Below the pieces are notes generated by a model. It was not told the origin of the DNA and did no database searches. It saw only the letters and a list, made by a program, of their open reading frames with translations. Of a stretch of 32,000 nucleotides of DNA, positions 1 to 7,791 are shown in pieces (within the stretch, counting starts at the first letter, position 1; each line of letters opens with the position of its first letter). This DNA is from Candidatus Heimdallarchaeota archaeon. Lineage in GTDB: Archaea > Asgardarchaeota > Heimdallarchaeia > Heimdallarchaeales > Kariarchaeaceae. Position numbers and translations under genes: made by a program. The stretch covers positions 330,001 through 362,000 of the forward strand of contig JASBSB010000001.1 in assembly GCA_030149205.1 (NCBI GenBank), read 5' to 3'.

Positions 1-1319
1 ATTAACCTGCTCATCGCAGATATCGCAGCTTCCTTAACCAATCCTGTTAGATCAGAACCAACAAAATGTTTAGACCTCTCACTGAGTTCTCGTAAATCAA
101 CATCTTTAGATAAAGGAACCCCACGAGTTTTTATCTGTAATATTTCATATCTATCTTTTTTGTCTGGGGGTGTTAGATGAATTACTACCTCTAATCTTCC
201 AGCCCTCCTAAATGATGGATCTATATCCTCGATTGACTTACTTGTCGCAAGAACTATGACAGGAGAGAATTTTGGAAGTTGATCCAATTGATAAATAAAT
301 TCAGAAGTTATTCTCCTAGATAAATCACTAGAGGTATATGGGTTTCGAATAGGTGCATAACTTGGAAGATTGTCAAGTATAAGAAGACAGGGGGCCTTTA
401 ATTCAGCTTCTTTAAAATATTTTTTGATTCTGCGTTCTGAAGTGTCAATATCATTACTAATTACTTCAGAGGGCTCAACTTTAACCACATTAACTCCTGA
501 TTCAACTGATAGAATTTTTGTTAAAAGGGTTTTTCCACTCCCTGAAACCCCTGTAATAATAACACCTCGCGGAAAATCAATGTTGACGTGATTAAAGAAA
601 TCTGGATTTTTTAAAGGTAAAGCTACAAATTTATGCATCCGATCTTTGATCTTACCATATCCGCCAAAATCATCGTACGTAAGTTGCTGGTTTAAATTTG
701 TCTCTGCCAACTTTGTCTGCTTTCTTTCCAATTTCACTTCAGTGTTCTCATTTATTATTACCAAGGTATTGGGGTTGGTTTCAATTACCCTAAACTGAAC
801 CTCACCAATTATAGTGTCTTTATCTGTGAGTTTTGTGGTTCCAATTACATCCTCCTTGGTACCATTTCCATTTTTTGACAAGGTATTTAGAACATACAAT
901 GAGAGGATATCACCTCCCGCAACGGGAATACCTGACAGATTTTTAAACTCATCTAAATTCTTTTTGTCAACTACAGAACCCCCTCCAATTTGGGTGACTA
1001 TTAGTTGTTCACATGGTCTAGAAATAGCTTTATCTATCCTTACTATCGAATCTAAGGAAACACCCAATGATGTTCTTGTTAATCCATCGATCAGAATAAA
1101 TCCCTCAAATTCTCCTAGCATACTTTTATCCACCTTAGGTATCAGCTTTCTATCTTTTTCCCTAAAGGGTAAAATGATTACTCCCGACCTCTTTTTCCCA
1201 TAAATTTCTACTATCTCACCACGTTTAAATTTGTACTTTTGCATAAGTGATTTTGAAATCCTTGCCACTTTTTTCCCATAGTCATCTAAGGGTGAAGCAA
1301 TTACTTTGACATGTACCAT
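1..1319 (-). CDS. CDC48/VCP(VAT)-like AAA+ ATPase, 3' end truncated by window edge; N-domain plus degenerate first AAA domain
   Basis: Not in the ORF track. Hand translation from ATG at 1319 is open to position 1: MVHVKVIASPLDDYGKKVARISKSLMQKYKFKRGEIVEIYGKK (CDC48 N-domain-like), LTYDDFGG, PRGVIITGVSGSGKT (Walker A, 528-551), APCLLILDN (Walker B), IDPSFRRAGRLE (SRH), PDKKDRYEILQIKTRGVPLSKDVDL, FVGSDLTGLVKEAAISAM. Confidence 0.93.
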   Translation of the reverse strand, partial: MVHVKVIASPLDDYGKKVARISKSLMQKYKFKRGEIVEIYGKKRSGVIILPFREKDRKLIPKVDKSMLGEFEGFILIDGLTRTSLGVSLDSIVRIDKAISRPCEQLIVTQIGGGSVVDKKNLDEFKNLSGIPVAGGDILSLYVLNTLSKNGNGTKEDVIGTTKLTDKDTIIGEVQFRVIETNPNTLVIINENTEVKLERKQTKLAETNLNQQLTYDDFGGYGKIKDRMHKFVALPLKNPDFFNHVNIDFPRGVIITGVSGSGKTLLTKILSVESGVNVVKVEPSEVISNDIDTSERRIKKYFKEAELKAPCLLILDNLPSYAPIRNPYTSSDLSRRITSEFIYQLDQLPKFSPVIVLATSKSIEDIDPSFRRAGRLEVVIHLTPPDKKDRYEILQIKTRGVPLSKDVDLRELSERSKHFVGSDLTGLVKEAAISAMSRL

Positions 1320-1413
1320 TAACAATTCTCTTTTAATTTTTCATCTCAAAAATGCTTTGAATAATTGTTAAACCTTAGCCTGAATTTTTCAAGATAGTTT
1401 CTATGAGGTTTGT

Positions 1414-2247
1414 CTAAAGTTTCCAGTTGGGTTTTCGTTTTTCAATATAGGATTGAATACCCTCTTGACCATCCTCAGAGGCAAATAATCTGTTCTGTAA
1501 CTCTCGTTCCAGAGTTAAGCCCTCATGCAATGACATTTGTGAACCTGAGACAACTGCCCTTTTGATTAGTCCAATTGTAAGACCTGGTCCAGAAGCCAAT
1601 TTTGAAACATATTTATCCAGATTCGTAGCAAAATCATTTGAATCATAAACATAATTTACCAATCCTATGTCTAAAGCCTCATCTGGGGTAAGTAATTTTC
1701 CAGTTACCATCATGTCTATTGCCCTAGAATTTCCAATAAGCCTGCATAATCTTTGAGTTCCACCAGTCCCAGGAAGAACCCCTAGATTAACCTCAGGAAG
1801 ACCTATCTTATGTTCCTTTTCAGGATTTGATGATCTAGACATAAACCTAATATCCGCAGCTAGAGCAATTTCCAGTCCACCACCGACAGCATGCCCATCA
1901 ATCGCCACTATCACCAACTTCGGAGTTTGTTCTAACTTCAACAGTGTCTCATTTCCATGCAAACAGAAATTTCCTTTGCTCGTTGTGCTGCAGGCCTGAA
2001 GATAGCTAATTTCAGCACCTGCTGAAAAAGCCCCAGTAAATCGATTTTTTATCAAGATTATAGAAATGTCATTGTCAAATCGAGCTGTCATAATAGCCTT
2101 ATCCATTTGGATAAAAAATTCATGACTGTATGTATTCATTTTTCGCTCATTTGTAAGTTCAATAATACCTACTCGGCCTTCTTTTTTAAATTCAACTAAC
2201 GATAGGTTATCACTTTCAATATAAGTTGCACCAGGAGTTTGTTCCAT
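1414..2247 (-). CDS. Enoyl-CoA hydratase/crotonase-family protein resembling the N-terminal catalytic domain of BoxC (ring-cleaving dihydrodiol/epoxide lyase)
   Basis: Crotonase motifs FSAGAEI, AIDGHAVGGGLEIALAADIRF and IGLPEVNLGVLPGTGGTQRL. MNTYS...ARFD and KGNFCLHGNET match BoxC as recalled (LNSYD...RF, KVNFCKFTNET, LPEVPLLGVLPGTGG). The family call is firm; the BoxC relationship is inferred. Confidence 0.9.
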   Translation of the reverse strand: MEQTPGATYIESDNLSLVEFKKEGRVGIIELTNERKMNTYSHEFFIQMDKAIMTARFDNDISIILIKNRFTGAFSAGAEISYLQACSTTSKGNFCLHGNETLLKLEQTPKLVIVAIDGHAVGGGLEIALAADIRFMSRSSNPEKEHKIGLPEVNLGVLPGTGGTQRLCRLIGNSRAIDMMVTGKLLTPDEALDIGLVNYVYDSNDFATNLDKYVSKLASGPGLTIGLIKRAVVSGSQMSLHEGLTLERELQNRLFASEDGQEGIQSYIEKRKPNWKL

Positions 2248-2317
2248 AAGTATCCAACTCTTGATTCTATACCAATTTTAAAATTGTTTGGAGAACAAAC
2301 AGTCTGAATATAAAATT

Positions 2318-3103
2318 TTAAGAGGGTACTATAGATTTAAAGTCAGCATTTCGTTTTTCCTTAAATGCTGTAGCTCCCTCGATATGTTCAGAGGAAGAAA
2401 ATGCAATTCCCTGGTAAGCCGCTTCTAGCTCTTGTTGATGAGCTAAGGTCATTTCAAATGAATTGTTCAAAAGTCTTTTAGAAAGACCTATAGTCTGAAT
2501 TGGACCATTTATCCATTTTTTCATAATTGTAATCCCATAATCTTCTAATTTTTCATCAGGGATAACTTCAAGAACAAGTCCTAGATTTTGTGCTGAGCTT
2601 GCATCTATGACCTCTCTTCCAAATACCAAAAACTTTGCCCTTTGAAGCCCCATGAACCTAGATAAGAAGTAAGAGCCTTCAGCAATCAATCCTATATTAG
2701 CAAATGCAAAACCAAATTTGGAAGACCTTGACGCAAAAACAACATCTGCCGATAGAGCTAATACAATCCCTGCACCATAACATCCTCCATTTACCAAACT
2801 TATTACCGGAACATTTAGTTCCCTCACTCTATTTACAACTCCATAAATCAGTGTTAACATCCTTTGTTGTGTGGTAATCGGTTTATTTGTTCTTGATTCC
2901 ATGTCTTTAATATCTCCACCCGCAGAAAATACGGATCCGTTTGCTTTTAGAACAACACCTCTTACGTCCTTGTCTAGTCTAACTTTTTCTAAAACACTTA
3001 ATAATTCAACCAAAAGTTCTGTACTTAAAGCATTCCTTTTCTCTGGTCGATTTAAAACTACTTCAGCAATCCCTGTATTGAAATTTAACTCTACAAGTGC
3101 CAT
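2318..3103 (-). CDS. Enoyl-CoA hydratase/isomerase family protein, PaaG-like
   Basis: LNRPEKRNAL, FSAGGDIKDM, VNGGCYGAGIVLALSAD (no Glu in this helix, as in PaaG-type isomerases), AFANIGLIAEG-SYFL, EHIEGATAFKEKR. Confidence 0.88.
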   Translation of the reverse strand: MALVELNFNTGIAEVVLNRPEKRNALSTELLVELLSVLEKVRLDKDVRGVVLKANGSVFSAGGDIKDMESRTNKPITTQQRMLTLIYGVVNRVRELNVPVISLVNGGCYGAGIVLALSADVVFASRSSKFGFAFANIGLIAEGSYFLSRFMGLQRAKFLVFGREVIDASSAQNLGLVLEVIPDEKLEDYGITIMKKWINGPIQTIGLSKRLLNNSFEMTLAHQQELEAAYQGIAFSSSEHIEGATAFKEKRNADFKSIVPS

Positions 3104-3255
3104 AAGAGCAGATAATCTTGGGGTTCATAACTTTAATTGCAAAAAGAACTGAGAAACAACAAATTCACAAATTAATTTTGTTTTTTCTACAGATTTTCAA
3201 TCTAATCTTTACTTCTTAGAAGAAGAGGTTAAATGAGAATGCAAATATAAAGAGT

Positions 3256-3963
3256 ATGGAAAGAAAATCTGAAGAGGTGGTTTTCTCCTCTGCCAAAAAT
3301 CTCCCTAACAACATTAAGGATGCTTTATTCGAAATTTTTAGGTTTCAGGGAGACATTGAGTATGGATCCTATAACATTCATCTACCATGGCAGAGCAAGG
3401 CAACATCCTCAGAAGATCGATGGATGGTGGCCCGAATTGTATCTACTGAAGTCAGACACGGACTTCAGGTAACAAAATTTTTACGTCAACTCGGAGAAAG
3501 GGGGAATGAGTTGGCAGATGACCTCTTCAGAAGAAAGGTTGGAGACCATGATTTTAGGGTTTTTGAAGAGGAGTTACCAACCTGGGCAGATGTATGTGGG
3601 TTTTCGTGTTTTTTTGCTGTCACAGATCTGTATCAACTAAACCTACTGGGAAACAGTAAATATGAACCGTTAAGAAAGGCAATTCCTTTGATAATGAATG
3701 AAGAATCATTACATCCAACCTTTGGCATCAATGGTTTCAGAAAAATGATAGAAACAGATAAAATTTCTGAAGACGAAGTGGTTTCCACAGCCAAAAAATG
3801 GATTACCTTAAGTCAAGAAATATTTAACTATGGTGGAAAGATGAAAAAGGAAATTCCTAGTGAACTTGGGATTAAATGGGATGAGTCTCTATTTAGGAAT
3901 CAGCTGAAAGTTACAAACAATTCATTGTTTGAGCAAATTGGGATAGAATTTAGAGTACATTAA
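3256..3963 (+). CDS. Ferritin-like di-iron protein, PaaA/PaaC/BoxB superfamily; probable partner or altered-site subunit
   Basis: QGDIE35, TE65VRH68, LPTWADV, LYQL, NEE150SLH153. Aligns without gaps to the downstream paralogue (offset 7), but the Asp ligand position is Ala121. Confidence 0.82.
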   Translation: MERKSEEVVFSSAKNLPNNIKDALFEIFRFQGDIEYGSYNIHLPWQSKATSSEDRWMVARIVSTEVRHGLQVTKFLRQLGERGNELADDLFRRKVGDHDFRVFEEELPTWADVCGFSCFFAVTDLYQLNLLGNSKYEPLRKAIPLIMNEESLHPTFGINGFRKMIETDKISEDEVVSTAKKWITLSQEIFNYGGKMKKEIPSELGIKWDESLFRNQLKVTNNSLFEQIGIEFRVH

Positions 3964-4024
3964 TCTAGACAATCGACTATTTTTTATTCAAAACTATTAA
4001 AACCATACAGAAATACTGCGTTAT

Positions 4025-4783
4025 ATGTCTACTCGGCACATTAAGCAAGGAAAATTTGCGAAAATACGAAAATTCGAGACACCGGAAGAACTACCCGAGA
4101 AATATAGGAATCTCCTTAAAAAAATGCTCTTTGTACAAGCAGATACAGAATTTGCAAGTGTTCAACAGCATCTCGAGTGGCAACAAAATTCACCAAGCCC
4201 TGAGGATAAATGGGTATTGTCCAGAATTGTAGCTGATGAGGTGAGACACGGATTAACAATGACTCGCTTGTTAAAACAATTTGGTAAAGAAGGTGAGCAA
4301 ATGGTCCAAAAACTCCTTGCACGGAAAATTGGAGAACATACCTTAGATAGTTTTAACATAGAATTTGAAAACTGGGAATCGGTATTAGCATTTACCTGCT
4401 TTGTAGATCGGGTGGGGTTGTATCAATTAGAGGCATTTGGAGAGTGTTCTTATGCACCTTTGGCACGAGAAATGCCCTTAATGCTAAATGAAGAGAAGCT
4501 TCATATTGGGTTCGGGTATAATGGTCTTAAGAAAGTAATTTCTGATGATGGATATCTGGGAGACATGGATAGCGCACAGAAAGCGGTCAACTTTTGGCTT
4601 CCCCGTGCATTGGATATGTTTGGTCATAGTAAATCAGAGAACGCAGACCTTGCTGTTGAACTAGGAATTAAAAAATGGAACAATATTGAAATGAGAGACA
4701 GGTATTATCAAGAGGCTACACAACTCTGTGAGAGTCTTGATCTTCAGACCCCAGACATAGATGAGGGCAGAAGGATCCTATAG
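4025..4783 (+). CDS. Ferritin-like di-iron oxygenase, BoxB/PaaA-like aromatic acyl-CoA epoxidase catalytic subunit
   Basis: Full six-ligand set E42 (QADTE), E72/H75 (DEVRH), D128 (VDRVGLYQL), E157/H160 (EEKLH). Segments resemble the recalled BoxB core (QGDTEPASVEQ, TDRDGKFQL, TEEAHH) and PaaA (APS, DEAGHG, SYGPYARAM). Confidence 0.88.
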   Translation: MSTRHIKQGKFAKIRKFETPEELPEKYRNLLKKMLFVQADTEFASVQQHLEWQQNSPSPEDKWVLSRIVADEVRHGLTMTRLLKQFGKEGEQMVQKLLARKIGEHTLDSFNIEFENWESVLAFTCFVDRVGLYQLEAFGECSYAPLAREMPLMLNEEKLHIGFGYNGLKKVISDDGYLGDMDSAQKAVNFWLPRALDMFGHSKSENADLAVELGIKKWNNIEMRDRYYQEATQLCESLDLQTPDIDEGRRIL

Positions 4784-5215
4784 TTTAGATTCTAATACTT
4801 TCCAACTAGCTTCATTCATACCCAATCTTAAGAAATATTGATAAAGACCTTCATCCTTGTCTTGTACTATGGTACGAACCTGCCGAGTCCCTAACCCTTT
4901 AAACCTGTTTAAAAGCTCTTTTCCTAGCATCTTACCAACTCCTAATTTGTTAAATTCGGGGTCAACTCCAACCATGTTAATCCATCCGATTTGTTCTTCT
5001 AGACCAAAACTGTCCTGGGTCACATCTCCAATGATGAACCCAACTAATACACTATCATTAAAGGCTCCGACTGCAGTAAGACATTGTCCATAGTCTATCT
5101 TCTCCGACATCTTCTCTTCTGTCATGTTTTTCTTACCTGTTACCTTAGTGTAAATTTCTACCATTTTGGAAACATCATCTAATGTTAACTCATTAATTTC
5201 AATCATTTCTCTCAT
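4778..5215 (-). CDS. GNAT-family N-acetyltransferase
   Basis: GWINMVGVDPEFNKLGVGKMLGKELL (motif A), LYQYFLRLGM. Converges on the upstream gene with a 6-nt overlap. Confidence 0.85.
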   Translation of the reverse strand: MREMIEINELTLDDVSKMVEIYTKVTGKKNMTEEKMSEKIDYGQCLTAVGAFNDSVLVGFIIGDVTQDSFGLEEQIGWINMVGVDPEFNKLGVGKMLGKELLNRFKGLGTRQVRTIVQDKDEGLYQYFLRLGMNEASWKVLESKL

Positions 5216-5272
5216 TAACCTAATTTAGGATAAGTTATTAAATGAATTGTTCTTTGGTTTGCCAAGGATTAA

Positions 5273-6715
5273 CTAAATTCCGTAATTAATATTCACATTT
5301 TTAGTTCTTGAGAAATAGTCTAATGCGTACTTTCCCTGCTCCATACCAATTCCACTTTTCTTCCACCCACTGAATGGTGTTTGGGGGAAAGTCACAGGAT
5401 ATTCGTTTACCGAGACCATCCCAGAATCCAAATCTCTTGCAAAAATGTGTGCAAGTTTTAATTCATTTGTCCAAACCCCATTGAGCAACCCAAAATTGGT
5501 GGAGTTTGCAAGAGTAATTGCTTCCTCGACCGATGTAAACTGTGTTGCAGTGAGAACTGGACCAAAAATCTCCTCTTGAAACACTACATTCTCTTTTTCA
5601 ACATTTGACAAAATTGTAGGTTCTAGGAATGCACCGTTTTTCAAATGTTCAGGAGGTTTCCCCCCTATTAAAATTTCTGCCCCACTTTCTGCGCCCTTAT
5701 CAATATACTCCAAGACTGAACTCCTCTGATCCAAACTAACCATTGATCCGATTCTGACACCTTCATTGGTTCCTACACCAATGCTCCATTTCTTGACCTC
5801 TTCTTGTAACATATTCATAAATTTATCATGTACAGATTCTTCGACCAACAATCTTGATCCTGCCCAACACATCTGTCCTGCATTCCAAAAGATTCCAAAG
5901 GCCACACCTTTCACAGCTCTTTTCAAATTGGAGTTAGCCATTACAATATTTGCACCCTTTCCACCTAATTCTAGCGTGATTGGGGTGATATTTTCTGCGG
6001 CAGCCTTCATAACATTAATCCCAGTTTCAACACTCCCTGTTAGGCTTACACCATTGATATCAGGTGATCTAACCAATGAATCCCCAACTACCCTTCCTGA
6101 GCCAGTAATAACCTGTAAAACACCCTTTGGCAATTTTGCAACTTCGATTAGTTTGATCCATTCAAGAATTGAGAGAGGCGTTAAAGAGGCTGGTTTAGCT
6201 ATAACGGTACAACCTGTTGCCAAAGCCGGAGCAATAGACCTGATTCCAAGTTGAAAAGGAAAATTCCAAGGGATAATATGAGCAGTAACCCCTAAAGGCT
6301 GTCTTAATGTATAGTTTAATCGCTCTCCAGGAACGGGGATTGTTGTACCCTCAATCTTGTCAGCCCATCCAGCGTAGTACTCAAGCGTTTGTGCTGCAAA
6401 TCGAACATCACCTAAGGCGTCCCGAAAAGTTTTCCCATTGTTTTGACTTTCAATCAAAGCTAGTTCTTTTGCATGTTCATAAGTTATTTGAGCTAAACGG
6501 TATAACAGCCTTCCCCTTGAACTTGCATCCATATTATGCCAATCATCACCATAAAATGCTTCATTCGAGTACCTTACCGCTTTTTCTACATCTGAGACTG
6601 ATGCACTGGGCACTTTTGCGATAGTCTCCCCTGTGGCAGGGTTAAGTACCCCCATAGTTTTTTCATCTTCAGCATCAACCCATTCATTATTTAGATACAT
6701 TCTGGTGGTGTTCAT
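5273..6715 (-). CDS. NAD(P)+-dependent aldehyde dehydrogenase
   Basis: IIPWNFP, KPASLTP, LTGSVETG, LELGGKG, NAGQMC (catalytic Cys), EEIFGP, PFSGWKKSGIG. Confidence 0.96.
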   Translation of the reverse strand: MNTTRMYLNNEWVDAEDEKTMGVLNPATGETIAKVPSASVSDVEKAVRYSNEAFYGDDWHNMDASSRGRLLYRLAQITYEHAKELALIESQNNGKTFRDALGDVRFAAQTLEYYAGWADKIEGTTIPVPGERLNYTLRQPLGVTAHIIPWNFPFQLGIRSIAPALATGCTVIAKPASLTPLSILEWIKLIEVAKLPKGVLQVITGSGRVVGDSLVRSPDINGVSLTGSVETGINVMKAAAENITPITLELGGKGANIVMANSNLKRAVKGVAFGIFWNAGQMCWAGSRLLVEESVHDKFMNMLQEEVKKWSIGVGTNEGVRIGSMVSLDQRSSVLEYIDKGAESGAEILIGGKPPEHLKNGAFLEPTILSNVEKENVVFQEEIFGPVLTATQFTSVEEAITLANSTNFGLLNGVWTNELKLAHIFARDLDSGMVSVNEYPVTFPQTPFSGWKKSGIGMEQGKYALDYFSRTKNVNINYGI

Positions 6716-6848
6716 GGATTCCTGAGTCTGAGAATTTATTTAAATTATTCCTCTTTAAAATAGAGTTAACTCTGAAAATTGAGATAAAATATTGCTAAAT
6801 TTTTCAGAACATTTTTGGGAATTTCCTTCTGTGCTGCAACAAAAAGTA

Positions 6849-6918
6849 TTTATTATAGGTATGGTATGGTATATTAGGTATTACAGTATGAATACCACAC
6901 CACCAATATATTAGGAGG
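6849..6918 (+). promoter_or_regulatory. Putative promoter/leader of the hsp20 pair: TATA-like box, GGTAT repeats, imperfect inverted repeat and Shine-Dalgarno
   Basis: TTTATTATA 6849-6857; GGTAT at 6858, 6863, 6868 and 6877; complementary arm ATACCACACCACCAATA 6892-6908; AGGAGG 6913-6918. Confidence 0.5.
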
Positions 6919-6926
6919 TCAAAAAT

Positions 6927-7292
6927 ATGTTAGCAAGAATGTTTGATGATTGGCTCTTCCCTAACAGGATTTTCAATGCACTTGAAAATGCATTTGAGGA
7001 AGACAGCACAAGACAACCACTAAGTAATATTGTCTATGATAAGACACAAAAGACATGGGAAGTTGAGATTGAACTCCCTGGTCTCACCAAGGATGATGTG
7101 AGCATCAAAATCATTGATGGAGCACTACATGTAACCGGTGAAAATAAGGACAAAAGCATAACCTTTCAGGCACAATACTATCTAGGGAAAGACATTGATC
7201 AGAAATCCCTGAATGCAAAGATGGAAGATGGACTCTTGATCATTAAGGCTAAAACCAATGAGCCTGAGGAGAAATTCGTAGATATACAATAG
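6927..7292 (+). CDS. Small heat shock protein (Hsp20/alpha-crystallin)
   Basis: EIELPGLTKDDVSI, LNAKMEDGLLII, C-terminal VDI motif; AGGAGG SD 8 nt upstream. Confidence 0.92.
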   Translation: MLARMFDDWLFPNRIFNALENAFEEDSTRQPLSNIVYDKTQKTWEVEIELPGLTKDDVSIKIIDGALHVTGENKDKSITFQAQYYLGKDIDQKSLNAKMEDGLLIIKAKTNEPEEKFVDIQ

Positions 7293-7303
7293 GAGGTAAT
7301 AAT

Positions 7304-7657
7304 ATGTCACAAACAAAAATAGTAAAACAAGATAACAAATTAAGTGAGGTCAAAGAACAAGAAAAGGTCACCCCCGCTCTAAGGTTCCCCAGATATTTTG
7401 TCAATCAAAATAGAGAGACGGATGAAATTGAGATCCAGTTGGAGATGCCAGGGATCAACAAAAATCACACAGAAATTAAGCTGAAAGACAACAAACTCTA
7501 CGTGAAGGCACTAAATGAAAGGAGATTTTATAAGAAAGAGTTCGAGTTCAAAAACTCCTTGAATCCTGAGGCTCTCGAGGCAAATATGGAAAATGGTGTG
7601 TTAACCATTACCGTGAGACCTCTTGAAAGCGAATCTCATAACATCACTATTGCTTAA
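7304..7657 (+). CDS. Small heat shock protein (Hsp20/alpha-crystallin), second copy
   Basis: QLEMPGINK, LEANMENGVLTITV, C-terminal ITI; SD AGGAGG 7291-7296 overlaps the previous stop codon. Confidence 0.9.
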   Translation: MSQTKIVKQDNKLSEVKEQEKVTPALRFPRYFVNQNRETDEIEIQLEMPGINKNHTEIKLKDNKLYVKALNERRFYKKEFEFKNSLNPEALEANMENGVLTITVRPLESESHNITIA

Positions 7658-7711
7658 ACCAAGTAATTGACGGGTGTTGTGACCAAAAAATCAGTGTAAA
7701 CTAAATAATAG

Positions 7712-7733
7712 GAATCCTTGTGGGTTCATTTTT
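7712..7733 (+). terminator. Possible terminator after the hsp20 pair
   Basis: GAATCC-TTGT-GGGTTC hairpin (one G-U pair) followed by ATTTTT. Confidence 0.4.
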
Positions 7734-7791
7734 ATTCAAAATACCAATTTGTTCTCTCAATATTTAAAAATTCTTAATTTTAAAGGGTTTA

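Noticed and set aside
370-1203. Track ORFs 370-591 and 814-1203 (+)
   Set aside because: Antisense shadows of the CDC48-like gene on the minus strand; no recognisable motifs.
3256-4783. Assigning paaA/paaC or boxB gene symbols, or a ribonucleotide reductase R2 call
   Set aside because: Features are intermediate between PaaA and BoxB, the partner genes are absent, and there are no R2 motifs or nrdA.
2871-6624. Track ORFs 2871-3152, 4116-4322, 4162-4359, 4857-5093, 5766-6254 and 6307-6624
   Set aside because: All lie antisense to well-supported enzymes and have no family features.
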